This document shows, in pieces, positions 1 to 11,489 of a stretch of DNA of 28,436 nt. The translations under genes and the position numbers were made by a program. How positions within the stretch are numbered: the stretch's first letter is position 1; every line of letters begins with the position of its first letter. The stretch lies in NCBI RefSeq assembly GCF_004010195.1, contig NC_057720.1, positions 17,641,558 through 17,669,993 of the forward strand, read 5' to 3'. The notes beneath the pieces were generated by a model that was not told the origin of the DNA, ran no database searches, and saw nothing but the letters and a program-made list of their open reading frames with translations. Source of the DNA: Chiloscyllium plagiosum. Its lineage: Eukaryota.

Positions 1-272
1 AATTTAGATTTAGGGTGAGAGGGGAAAGATATAAAAGAGACCTAAGGGGCAACTTTTTCACGCAGTAAGGAATGAGTGGATAGAGGAAGTGGTGGAGGCT
101 AGTATAATTGCAACATTTAAAAGGCATCTGGATGGGTATATGAATAGGAAAGGTTTGGAGGGATATGGGCCTGGTGCTGGCAGGTGGGACTAGATTGGGT
201 TGGGATATCTAGTCGGCATGGACGGGTTGGACAGAAGGGTCTGTTTCCGTGCTGTACAACTCTGACTCTAGA
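1..272 (+). mobile_element. CR1-type LINE 3' end (ORF2 C-terminus and 3'UTR), cut by the window start
   Basis: Nearly the same sequence as 8760-9016 (tttagggtgaga...gaaagatataaaagagaccta...ggtgggactagattggg...ctctgactct), which follows an RT C-terminal fragment. Confidence 0.85.
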
Positions 273-324
273 TAGCCTAACACTTTTAAGGTAACCTATA
301 CTTTAACCTTGCATCTCTTCACAG

Positions 325-1063
325 CAAAAGAAACGTCCTCTGCTTGACCTTTCTCCGTTTGATGTGGTGGAGCAAGGGTATAGAAAGGGAAAGGTGCTGT
401 CAACAAATACAGTTATACCTAATAGTCAATTGACTGCTGCTTCAAAAATGAAGTCTGACAGTTCAGTGCATGCAGCAAATGCACAACTGTCTGCTGGTGC
501 TTTGAGGAAAAGTGAAGCAAAAGGAAAGGACATGAGAAAAACAAATGATAAAACTCCAAAAAATGGGAAAACCAATGAAAAAGGTACCTCTACAAAGATG
601 AATGCTCCTGCAAAAGCTAGACTGGAAACTAAGGCGAAAGCTGAGAGCACTGTCAGCAAAGTGAAAGTGTGTGCTGACACTCTGGTATGTCAGACAGGTT
701 CTACAGCGAGCAACAAAGACATCATCGGACAGGACGGCAAAGCAAGTACAGGTGCACGACCCAAAATATCTCTCAGCTCTTCCAGTACTCAAGCAAAACA
801 AGGGAAATCATCAAAGAAAATCATTCAATCTCACACAGAATTGTCACAGACAGAGAAAAATAGGAACAAGCGTCACTCTGACAATCCCGAACTTCCAAGC
901 AAGGATGGTGCTGTAGGCGCAAGTGGATACGTTGGTGGACTACAAGAGGGGAATGAGATGGACGAAATAAACTATCATGATAGGAAAATGGCATTTGTCA
1001 ATAGTCCTACTGAAACTACAGCACAGGAGCCTGCAAAGAGCTCAGTTGGCCAGAAGTCAACAG
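325..1063 (+). CDS. BTBD8: BTBD8/KIAA1107 (APache) internal coding exon A, K/S/T-rich disordered region
   Basis: Pyrimidine tract plus acag acceptor at 321-324. Open frame QKKRPLLDLSPFDVVEQG...GQKST (ORF 364-1086). Donor CAG|GTTTGT at 1063/1064, phase 1, compatible with the next exon. Confidence 0.8.
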
Positions 1064-1289
1064 GTTTGTTCCTTGTACAATATTAGAATTTCATCTGGTG
1101 TGAATTGTACCTTAGCTGCTGTTTATTGGCTCTATTCACTGAAAAGTACTCAACTGGGGTATGCCTCATCCACTGTTTCGCTTTTATTTATTATTTCCTC
1201 CTGCACCCTCATCCACCATCCCATTACCAAGTCTTTCACTCCAGTTACTTCAAGAGTGCTGTGTCAAAATATGAGAGCTGGAGTATTAC

Positions 1290-1635
1290 TTTTTTTTTAA
1301 AAAATTCATTCATGGGATGTGGGTATTGCTGGCTAGACCAGCATTTATCGCACAACCATAACTGCCTAGAGAGAAGTTAAGAGTCAACCACGTTGCTGTG
1401 GTCTGGAGTCATATTTGGGGCAGACCAGATAAGGATGGCAGATTTCCTTCCCTTAAAGACATTAGGGAACCAGATGGGTTTTTCTGACAATCAGCAACAG
1501 ATTCACAGGCATCATTAGACTCTTAATTACAGATTTTTATTGAATTCAAATTCCACCATCTCTGCATGGCAGGATTCAATCTCCAGTCTCTGGATTAACA
1601 GTCCAGTAATAATGTCACTCGGCCATCACCTCTCC
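1290..1635 (-). mobile_element. tRNA-headed SINE with LINE-like 3' tail and A-rich end
   Basis: Reverse complement begins with a tRNA-like head and ends ...cccatgaatgaat plus an A-rich tail. Homologous to the + copy at ~10066-10620 (gggaaggaaat.tgc..tc.tta.ctggtctg; ggttgactcttaact). Confidence 0.75.
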
Positions 1636-1964
1636 TTTAACTACAGTCCTCATTGTAAAACAAAACAAAACCAAGGATACTATTTCTTTCTAAATCCTTT
1701 CGTCAGAAATAAAAGTACTAAACAATGTTGCGATTAGAAATCTGTGCAGCACATCAGGATATAAGTTGTCAGGTTCACCAGTGAGATTCTCTTCCTACAA
1801 ATGCCACAGTTCTCCATCTGCTTTTGTAAAAATGCTCCTAGTTAAGCACTTGGTTTTTTGTTCCATTTTGTCATTTCCTTTCTAATATGGTATATGTTTT
1901 ACAACTAGGTTTTGTAATTGAGCAATTCCATATTCAAATATAACTTTGTTTTACTGCTTTGTAG

Positions 1965-2043
1965 TTAGGTCCACAAGTGTCTCCAAAGCTACTAAGACTC
2001 CTCCACCTGCATCAGTGAAAACTGGCAGACCACTTTCTAATAG
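1965..2043 (+). CDS. BTBD8: BTBD8/KIAA1107 internal coding exon B (79 nt, phase 1 to 2)
   Basis: Acceptor ttactgctttgtag|. Reads (V)RSTSVSKATKTPPPASVKTGRPLSN. Strong donor AG|GTGAGC. Phases join exons A and C without a stop. Confidence 0.8.
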
Positions 2044-2195
2044 GTGAGCAATGGTTTTTTTTTAAAATACAAGTGTAAATTAGTACTTTTAAAACTTCAT
2101 TCCTTCTTCTCTTTCCCCCTCTTAAAGACATTGTGATCTTGGGAGATACAATTTTCTTAATAACCTATTAAAGTAACAGTTAATGACATTATGAT

Positions 2196-5100
2196 TTTAG
2201 GAATCTAGATGCTTTGGATCATCATTGGTGGGATCTCTACAAACAGGATGGTCCTCACCTGAACCAGAGGAGTACCAATATCCGTGGGGGGTGGAATTTG
2301 CTAACGCTCTTTGGGAGGGGGGAGGTTTAAGCTAATGCAGCAGGGGATTGGGAGCCTGAATTGTAGTTCCAGTGTACAGGAGGTTGAGGGTAGTGAGGTC
2401 AAGGATAGGTTTACAAGGTTGCGAGAGGGCACTGGCAGTCAGGGTGTTGGTTTGAAATGTGTGTACTTGAATGCCAGGAGTGTCCAAAATAAGGTGGGTG
2501 CACTTGCAGCGTGGGTTGGTACCTGGGATTTTGATGTTGTGGACGTTTCAGAGACATGGGTAGAGAAAGGACAGGAATGGTTATTGAAGATTCCAGGATT
2601 TAGATGTTTCAGCAAGAACCGAGAAGATGGTAAAAGTGGAGGGGGGCGGTGGTGGTTGGCATTGTTAATCAAGGGTAATATTACAGCAGCTGAGATAACA
2701 TTTGAGGACTCATCCACTGAGGTAGTTTGGGCTGAGGTTAGCAACAGGAAAGGTGAAGTCACCCAGTTGGGATTTTTCTATAGGCCTCTGAATTGTTCCA
2801 GGAATGTAGAGGAAAGGATAGCAAAGATGATTCTTGATAGAAGCGAGAGTAGCAGGGTAGTTGTTATGGGGGACTTTAACTGCCCCAATAGTGATGGGAA
2901 TACTATAGTTCAAGTAGTTTAGATGGGTCAGTTTTTGTTCAATATGTGCAGGAGGGTTTTCTGACACCATATGTAGACAGGCCAACAATGGGTGAGGCCA
3001 CATTAGATTTGGTACTGGGGAATGAACACGGCCAGGTGTTAGATTTGGAGGTAGGTGAGCACTTTGGTGATAGTGATCATAATTCGGTTATGTTTACAGT
3101 AGCAATGGGCAGGGATAGGTATATACTGCGGGGAAAGGCAATTATGATGCGATTAGGCAAGATTTAGGATGCAAAGGATGGGGAAGGAAATTGCAGGGGA
3201 TGGACATACGTGAAATCTGGAGCTTATTCAAGGAACAGCTACTGCGGTTTCTTGATATATACTTATCAGGCAGGGTGGTAGTTGTCGAGAGGGGGCGGTC
3301 ATGGCTTACAAAAGAAGTTGAAGCTCTTGTCAAAAGAAAGAAGAAAGCTTACGTGAGGATGAGGTGTGAAGGCTCTGTTTGGGGCCTTGAGAATTATAAG
3401 TTAGCCAGAAAAGATGTGAAGAGAGGGCGAAGGAGAGCCAGGAGGGAACATGAGAAGTTTTTGGTGGATAAGAGTGAGGAAAGCCCTAAGGCCTTCTATA
3501 GATATATCAGGAATAAAAGAATGACTAGAGTAAGATTAGGGCCAATCAAAGGCGGTAGTGGCAAATTATATGTGGAATCTGAGGACATGGGAAAGTGCTG
3601 AATGAATACTTTTCATTAGTATTCACATTGGAAAAGGGCAATGTTAGTGAAAATATGGAGATACAGGCTACTAGATTAGATGGGCGGTTTTAGCAATTTT
3701 TGAAAATCTGAAAATAGGTAAGACCCCTGTGCCAGATGGGGTTTATCCTCTGATTCTCTGGGAGCCAGGGAGGAGGTTGCAGAGCCTTTGGCTTTGATCT
3801 TTATGTCAGCATTGTTGATAGGAGTAGTGCCAGAAGACTGGACGATAGCAAATATTGTTCCTTTGTTTAAGAAGGGGGAGTCAGGACAACCCTCGTAATT
3901 ATAGGCCAGTGAACCTTCCTTCGGTTGTGGGTAAAGTGTTGGAAAAGATTATAAGAGGATTTACAATCATTTGGAAAGGAATAATTTGATTAGGGATAGT
4001 CAATACAGTTTTGTGAAGGGTAGGTCGTGCCTAACTAACCTTATTGAGTTCTTTGAGAAGGTGACAAAACAGGTGGATGAAGGTAAAGCAGTTGATGTGT
4101 TGTATGTGGAGTTCAGTAAGGCATTTGATAAGATTCCACACAGTAGGATATTGCACAAAATATGGAGTTTCGGGATTGAAGGTGATTTAACGGTTTGGAT
4201 CAGAAATTGGCTAGCTGAAAGAAGACAGAAGATGGTGGTTGATGAGAAATTTTCATCCTGGAGCTCAGTTACCAGTGGTGTGTCACAAGGATCTGTTTGG
4301 GGCCACTGCTGTTTCACTTTTATAAATGATCTGGATGTGGACGTTAGAAGGACGGGTTAGTAAATTTGCGGATGACAAAGGTAGGCAGAGTTGTGGATAG
4401 TGCCGAAGGATGTTGTGGGTTATGGAGGGGCAAGGATAAGATGCAGAGCTGGATTGAGAAGTGGCAAATGGAGTTTAATGTGGAAAAGTGTGAGGTACTT
4501 CACTTTGGAAGAAGTAACAGGAATACAGAGTTCTGTGTTAATGGTAAAATTCTTGGTAGTGTAGATGAACAGAGTGATCTCTGTGTCCAGGTGTATAAAT
4601 CTCTGAAAGTGGCCACCCAGTTTGATAGGATTGTTAAGAAGGCATATGGTGTGTTGGTGTTTATTGGTAGGGGGATTCAGTTTTGGAGGCACGAGGTCAT
4701 GCTTCAGCTGGACAAGACATTGGTAAGGCCACACCTGGGGTCTGGCGTACAGTTCTGGTCGCCGCATTATGGGAAAGGTGTGGAAGCTTTGGGAAGGGTT
4801 TAGAGGAGATTTACTAGGATGTTGCCTGGAATGGAAGGAAGACCTTACGAGGAAAGGCTGAGGGAACGGAGGCTGTTTTCGTTGGAGAGAAGGTTGAGAG
4901 GTGACTTAATTGAGTTGTACAAGATAATCAGACGATTAGATAGGATGGACAGTGAGAGAGTCTTCACCAGAGGAAAAACAAACACGATGGAACGTAGCTT
5001 TAAATTGAGGGGTGATAGATTTAGGAATCTGGGTAGTTTCTTCACTCAAAGTAGCAGGGGTGTGGAATGGCTGCATGCAACAGTAGTAGACTTGCTGACG

Positions 5101-5240
5101 TTAAGGGCATTTAATGGGCATTGGACATACATATAGATAATAATGGAATGGTGTGGGTTAGATCGACATTAGATTAATTTCACAAGTCGATGCAACATCG
5201 GGGGCCGAAGGACCTGTACTGGGCTGTAACGTTCTATGTT
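2196..5240 (+). mobile_element. Decayed CR1 LINE: ORF1 esterase C-terminal remnant plus nearly complete, frameshifted ORF2 (AP endonuclease and reverse transcriptase) and 3'UTR
   Basis: DLYKQDGPHLN (SGNH esterase DGxHxN motif) near 2233. APE motifs YLNARS, SETW, YRP and MGDFN (ORF 2311-2922). RT motifs KGRSCLTNLIEFFE, FSKAFDK, GVSQGSV and FAD(D). Tail ctgtaacgttctatgtt. Many stops and frameshifts. Confidence 0.92.
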
Positions 5241-5900
5241 ACATTGTAGAAACAGACCAACAAAGCTGCATTGGTCAGACCATACTTGAATACCATTGGA
5301 AAACAGAATTAAGTGACTACAGGACACTAGCTGTAAAGATTAAAACAATCATTCTGTCAATAACTGTTTATAGATGGGCAATAAATACTGTCCTAGTCAG
5401 CAACACACTCATTCTATGAAGATTTTTTTTTAAATTAGTATTTTACATACTTGAATGTGGTCTAATAAACTGATACATTTGTTGTAAATATGTTCTTTCT
5501 GGATTAATGTTGTTTTCTTTTGATCAGTGTTTAGTCAATCATGGCCGTCACTTTACAGTGAAAGTAAACTCCCACACCTTAAATTGATGTTAAATTTGTC
5601 ATTGTAAACCAGTTTGGTACAGGGAGACTGCACGGTCCTGTACAGATTAGAGTATCAGTTAAAAGTTTTGTATAACCTAAAATTGGTCCATTTGGCCAAA
5701 AAGACCAATTTGTTTTGTGCTGTAAATATTTTTTGCGCACTCATGACTGTCTTAAGGCAAATATTGGCTGCATGCTATGCGCAAAATGGATCAGGTTTGC
5801 ATTCCTCCATGCTAACTCACATAGTAACTCGAGTTACCTAGAACCTCAAAGACACAAATCTGAATATGGAATTATCTTCATTGTGCATCTCTTTTGATAG

Positions 5901-6037
5901 TATGCCAAACAAACAGAGGGCACAAAATAGAGATGAAGGGTTGTCACAGGCTTCTATGAAGAAAACATGGAATAGTAGCAGCAACTCATCTGTTCAACAC
6001 AGAGCAAGGAGTGCATCTGGGGCAGCCAAAACTAAAG
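5901..6037 (+). CDS. BTBD8: BTBD8/KIAA1107 internal coding exon C (137 nt, phase 2 to 1)
   Basis: Acceptor ctcttttgatag|. Reads (S)MPNKQRAQNRDEG...GAAKTK. Donor AAG|GTACAA. Phases match both neighbours. Confidence 0.8.
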
Positions 6038-6159
6038 GTACAACTAACCTCCTTCAGACATCTTTGTTTTATTTTTGCTAGCAGCAGTTTCAAAATCTTA
6101 TGTGCACATCGTGGCTTTTGTGGTGACAACTTGATCATGAATTACTGATACTGTTTTAA

Positions 6160-6752
6160 AACTGCAAGAGCTACAATACCAGAGCAACGATGTATGGCAG
6201 AGACCATATAAGGCTGTGGGCCAACTGCATTTGGAATACTGAGAGCAATTTTGAGCCCCATACCTAACGAAGGATTTGCTAGCCTTGAAGGGGGTCCAGA
6301 GGAGGTTCATAAGAACGATCTGGGGAACGAAGGGCTTGTCATTTGAGGAGGGATTGAGGACTCTGGAGTTTAGAAGGATGAGGAGGGATCTGATTGAAAC
6401 TTGCAGAATACTGAGAGGTCTGGATATAATGGATGTGGCGATTCTTTATCTTTTCTAGTAAGAGAGACTAGGACCCAAGGGCATAACATCCAAGTGAAAG
6501 GATAATTCTTTAGAACTGCGATGGGGAGGAATTTCTTCAGCTAGAGGGTGGTTAATCTGTGGAATTCATTACAGGCAGAAGACTGTGGAGGCCAAGGCAG
6601 AAATAGATAATTCTTGATTGGTAAGGGAATCGACGGGAATGGGGAGAAGGCAGGAGAATGGGGCTGAGAAATGTATTGGCTAGAATCAAATGGCAGACCA
6701 GACTCGACGGGTTAAGTGGCATAATTCTGCCTCTATATCTTACGGTCTTATG
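6160..6752 (+). mobile_element. CR1 LINE 3' fragment
   Basis: ALKGVQRRF...RRMRRDLIETCRILRGLD (ORF 6276-6458) is the CR1 ORF2 C-terminus. Ends in the repeat tail tcttacggtcttatgg. Confidence 0.85.
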
Positions 6753-6769
6753 GAAGCAAATGTTATACT

Positions 6770-8117
6770 TTTTCATTTGGAAAGTGGAGGAGACCAAAAA
6801 ACATAGGCCAGTTAGCTTAATATCTGTTATTGGGAAAATGTTGGCGACCATTATGTAAAGAATGTAATAGACAATTTAGAAATATTATGATTGAGAATGA
6901 CTCTTCTAGACACTCCCCTTCATGCAATCATGCCTGACAAATTTACTAGAATTCTTGAAGGTGACAAATAGGATGATAAAGGAAAAAAAAGTAGATTTAA
7001 TATATTTGAACTTTCAGAAGGCATTTAACAAGGTACCAAATATTAAATACTTAAGAACCCTTGATGTTGGAGGTAGTATATTTGAGTCCACAGAATCCCT
7101 ATAGTATGGAAACAGGCCCTTCGGTCCAGCAAGTCCACACTGACCCTCCAAAGAGTATCCCACCCAGACCCATTCCCCTATTTACATTTACCCTGACTAA
7201 TGCACCTAACTTTCACATCCCTGAACAATGGGCAATTTAGCAATTCACCTAACCAGCACATTTTTGGATTGTAGGAGGAAATCCACACAGACACTCGGAG
7301 AATGTGCAAACAGACAGTCGCCCGATGCTGGAATCAAACCTGGGTCCTTGTCACTGTGAGGCAGCAATGCTAACCACTGAACCACCATGTTGCCCCTGCA
7401 TGGATAAAAGATTTTAGCATGGATAAACTATTTGCTAAACTAAAAGAAGGTAGAGTTGAGATAAGAAGAACATTGTCAAGATGGCTGCCTGTAACTAGTA
7501 GTGTGCTGTAGAGATCAGTGTTGGCCACAGTTATTGTCAAATTTAAATTATTTGGATGAGGAAAATGAATGTATTATGGCCACATTTGTGAATGTCACAA
7601 AAATAGGTGGAAAGGCAAGTGGTGAGTATGACAGTCTGCAAAAAAAAAAAGAGACAGGTTAAGTGAATGGCTGATGGATTATCTGGGGAAATGTGAGGTC
7701 ATGCACTTTGGTAGGCAGAATAGAGGAGGTGAATATTATTCAAATTAAGAATGACCGCACAAAGCTACAGAACAGAGATTTGAGCATCCTCATCTGTTCT
7801 TCATAAAAATCTGCAACTAAGTTCAGCAGGTAATAGGGAAGACAAATGGAATGTTAGTCTTTATTTTCAAGGGAGTTGACCATAAAAGAAGGAGTTTTAA
7901 TTAAAATTGTATAAAGCACAAGCTATACCAGAGCTCAAATGTTGTGAACAGTTTTGGGCCCGTTGTCTAAGAAGAAAAAATACATCTGGTGTGGGAGGCA
8001 ATCCAGAGAAGGTTCACTAGGCTGATATGGAATTTGGAAGATTGAGAGGCACTTTATTGAAACTTATGCTATTCTTTAAAGAAACTGATATGGTAGATGT
8101 GAAAAGATTATTTCCTT
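6770..8117 (+). mobile_element. Old degenerate CR1 RT fragment interrupted by an HE1-like SINE
   Basis: RPVSLISVIGKML, SCLTNLLEF and VDLIYLNFQKAFNKVP motifs. RT-like sequence resumes after 7400. Confidence 0.8.
7085..7397 (-). mobile_element. HE1-like elasmobranch SINE (tRNA head plus CR1-derived tail)
   Basis: Reverse complement has A-box/B-box-like head ggtggttcagtggttagca...ggtttgattcc and tail gaagggcctgtttccatactatagggattct. The tail is shared with 13439-13610. Confidence 0.85.
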
Positions 8118-8119
8118 TT

Positions 8120-9016
8120 GTGGGAACACATAAGAGGTACAGTTAGTAAGTTTGCAGATGACACCAAAATTGGAGGTGTAGTGGACAGCAAAGAGGATTA
8201 CCTCAGATTACAACAGGATCTGGACCAGATGGGCCAATGGGCTGAGAAGTGGCAGATGGAGTTTAATTCGGATAAATGCAAGGTGCTGCATTTTGGGAAA
8301 GCAAATCTTAGCAGGACATATACACTTAATGATAGGTCCTAGGGAGTGTTGCTGAACAAAGAGACCTTGGTGTGCAGGTTCATAGCTCCTTGAAAGTGGA
8401 GTCGCAGGTAGATAGGATAGTGAAGAAGGCGTTTGGTGTGCTTTCCTTTATTGGTCAGAGTACTGAGTACAGGAGTTGGAAGGTCATGTTACGGCTGTAC
8501 AGGACATTGGTTAGGCCACTGTTGGAATATTGCGTGCCGTTCTCGTCTCCTTCCTATTGGAAAGATGTGAAACTTGAAAGGGTTCAGTAAAGATTTGAGG
8601 ATTTGAGCTACAGGGAGAGGCTGAACAGGCTGGGGCTGTTTCCCTGGAGCGTCAGAGGCTAAGGGGTGAACTTAAGAGGTTTACAAAATTTATGAAGGGC
8701 ATGGATAGGGTATACAGGCAAAGTCTTTTCCCTGGGGTCGGAGAGTCCAGAACTAGAGGGCATAGGTTTAGGGTGAGAAAGGAAAGATATAAAAGAGACC
8801 TACAGGGCAACTCTTTCACACAGAGGGTGGTAAGTGTATGGAATGAGCTACAATTGCAACATTTAAGTGGCATTTGGATGGGTATATGAATAGGAGGGGT
8901 TTGGAGGGATATGGGCCGGGTGCTGGCAGGTGGGACTAGATTGGGTTGGGATATCTGGTCGGCATGGACGGGTTGGACCGAAGGATCTGTTTCCATGTTA
9001 TACATCTCTGACTCTT
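8120..9016 (+). mobile_element. 5'-truncated CR1 LINE (RT YADD region to 3' end)
   Basis: VSKFADDTKIGG...WAEKWQMEFN...KCKVLHFG and LYRTLVRPLLEYC motifs. 3'UTR matches 1-272. Confidence 0.92.
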
Positions 9017-9189
9017 TGTTGCCTTGTTCGTTGCTTCACTAACTCAACCGTATCATTCACTAACTCAACTGTATCTTCTGGTGAAGAACATAGGCAATAT
9101 GTACCGTGGCCCTGAGGCCTACTACTTCATTAAGGGAAGGTAATCCATCTTCAGGCTGATCGAAGTCTCTGGATTCTTAAAGACTTAGA

Positions 9190-9560
9190 ACTGCTGAATT
9201 TTAAAAAAAAAATTCCTCCTCATCTCTGTCCCAAATGGCTGATCCCTAACCTGAGACTTTAACTCTTAGCTTTAGCCAAGCAAACAGCCTCTTGGTAACT
9301 ACTACTTCTTACCTAAGAATTCTATATGCTTCTGTTGTCACTCTTGTTAACCTGCAAAGAATATAAGCGCTCTACTAGCTCTCTGCTCCTTTCAGTGAGC
9401 CTTTGTTGCATTGTTTCCAAGGTAAGTTAAAACCTTGCTCTATGCTCCAATGTCCTTACATTAGAAGCAAACATACTGTGTCTGTATGTTCTTTGTGACT
9501 TGTGTGTGAGGACGTCCAAATTTCTCTGCTTACCAACATTTACCAGTCTAATTTATTAAT
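9190..9560 (-). mobile_element. Highly decayed antisense CR1 fragment
   Basis: Segments such as gtgagcctttgttgcattgtttccaaggtaagt resemble the reverse complement of CR1 ORF2 C-terminal coding sequence (LEGVQRRF region). Confidence 0.5.
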
Positions 9561-10065
9561 AATGACTTTGTGTGCAAATAGTAGCAAACGACTTCAGAGT
9601 TTTTCTCTATACAGAAATGCTTAATATTGATTTTTTTTTGTGATAAATTTTGTTCATGCAGTGCTTTCAAACTGCAGCTTTCTGTGGAGAAATTCCAGTG
9701 AATTTAGCATACTGGTTAAATACTTTCCTTTCCTTTTAATGTTTAATATCTTTTGGCAAGAATACTTAAGCTAATAAAAACATTTTTCTGTGCTGCGCAG
9801 CATAAACTTAACTGATTTAAATTTCTTGAGTACATTTCTCTAATAATTTTGGTTAATTGTGGACCGAGCGCTGGGCATTTAAACTCTGCAAGAGTGAAAA
9901 CTCTGATTCCATTCTCTGGCCACCCTGAGTTGTCAATCTGTTACAAGTGGCCTCTGCGTTCCGTGTGGGAAGGAAGAGATTATTGGTTTTGATTGTGATG
10001 TGACCCATGAAACCAGAAACTGAGTATACAAGGTCTTATCCTTACCAAGTGAGAACAGGGAGCCA

Positions 10066-10620
10066 GTGGTAATTCCACTGAGCCTGTAATCCAGAGCCCC
10101 AGGCTAATGTTCTGGGGATGTGGGTTTGAATTCGGTAAAATATGGAATTGAAAAAGCTGGTCTTTTGGCAATTAGGTGTGGACTTTTGAAAGGAGAAAGT
10201 GAGGACTGCAAATGCTGGAGATCAGAGCTGAAAATGTGTTGCTGGAAAAGCGCAGCAGGTCAGGCAGCATCCAAGGAGCAGGAGAATCGACGTTTCAGGC
10301 ATGAGCCTTCAGGAATGAAGAAGGGCTCATGCCCGAAACGTCGATTCTCCTGCTCCTTGGATGCTGCCTGACCTGCTGCGCTTTTCCAGCAACATATTTT
10401 CAACCATGGACTTTTGAAAGCCCGTCATGTTCACTAAAGACCTTTTCGGGGAAGGAAATTTGCTGTCTTTACCTGGTCTGGCATACATGTAATTCCAGGC
10501 CCTCAACAATCTGGTTGACTCTTAACTGCCCCCAGAATTAGCCTAGACAGCCAATTAGTTCAAGGCTGACTTGGGAATGGGCAAAACGTACCAGTCTTGC
10601 AGGCAACTTGTATATCACTT
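10066..10620 (+). mobile_element. tRNA-headed SINE (same family as 1290-1635), interrupted by a hairpin element
   Basis: Head gtggtaattccactg...taatccagag...gggtttgaattc. Body matches the reverse complement of 1380-1480. Confidence 0.7.
10193..10406. mobile_element. Penelope-derived non-autonomous hairpin element 1, with degenerate hammerhead motifs
   Basis: Long inverted repeat (~10229-10309 vs ~10322-10402). Exact 14-bp TSD tggacttttgaaag at 10179-10192 and 10407-10420. Contains (a)TGAAGA-A-GGGC-tcat-GCCC-GAA-ACGT-C. Confidence 0.85.
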
Positions 10621-11266
10621 CACATTTCACTTGATTTGGTTGAGCTACTTGTTCCATTGGAGCATTGTTCCCAAAGGACCCTGTGTCCTGATTCTTGAAA
10701 TGGACTTACCTTTTCAAAACAGAAATGGCCATAAACTAAGCAATTGAATGTCAACAGGAGTGAGAACCAGAGATTACTTTGACATCTAGTTTTATGATTT
10801 AAGCAACTGTTTGATTTTGTTTTAACTACATTTCAGTCCAAAAGAGTAAGTGCCATTGAGAAATGCTTTAGACTGGCACTGGAAGTATAACCTCAGTTTT
10901 CAGATAACACCAGATTAGTTGGGTAGTTATAAAAGAGTAGAATTATGGCAAAATGTGGGTTAGGCATTTACTCTCCAAGCAAGTATGAATCCAGACAATA
11001 TTTGTAGGAGGAATAAATTGGTCCCATACTATTCAGAAAATAAATGTCCTAATGGGTTGAAAAACATGGATCAGAGGGTACTGGTGCACATGTCACTAAA
11101 ACCAGTAATGCAGCTCACCAAGTCCTTGTGTTTTTTTTTGTTTTAAGGTGTGGAGATTAATCTCTTCTGGAAGGGGGTTCTAAAAGCACAGAATGTGCTA
11201 ATCATGATTGAACCTTAGAACACATTTTGATGACCAGAACTAGAGAACTCTGCTATACAAGGCTGT

Positions 11267-11489
11267 AACAAAAACAAATTGCTGGAAAACTCAGTAGGTC
11301 TGGCGGTGCTAATAGAGAGAGAAATCGGAGTTAACTTTTCAAGTCCAGTGACTCTTGTTCAGAATCCTCCCGAAGAAAGGTTACTAGACCGGAAACGTTA
11401 ACTCTGATTTCTCTCCCCAGATGCTGCCAGACCTGCAGAGTTTCTCCAGCTGTTCATATTTTTGTTCCAGATTTCCAGCGTCCGCAGTT
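11267..11489. mobile_element. Penelope-derived hairpin element 2 (older, imperfect), with degenerate hammerhead motifs
   Basis: Imperfect inverted repeat centred near 11365 (gctggaaaactcagtaggtctggc / gccagacctgcagagtttctccagc). Contains ccgaaga-a-aggttactagacc-g-gaa-acgt-t. No clear TSD. Confidence 0.7.

Noticed and set aside
364..1086. ORF-track 240-aa ORF as a standalone gene (likewise 17056-19455 and 21279-21668)
   Set aside because: These are exons bounded by splice sites with matching phases. The track's starts and two of the stops are artefacts of ignoring introns.
2311..5136. Series of RT/endonuclease ORFs as a functional retron- or defence-like RT system
   Set aside because: They are frameshifted fragments of one dead CR1 LINE in eukaryotic DNA.
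7300..7397. tRNA gene from A/B-box-like motifs (also ~1540-1635 and 25510-25565)
   Set aside because: These are SINE heads continuous with SINE bodies, with no complete cloverleaf.
9035..9076. 21-nt tandem duplication (ttcactaactcaacYgtatc)
   Set aside because: Only two imperfect copies with no spacers. Ordinary slippage, not a CRISPR-like array.
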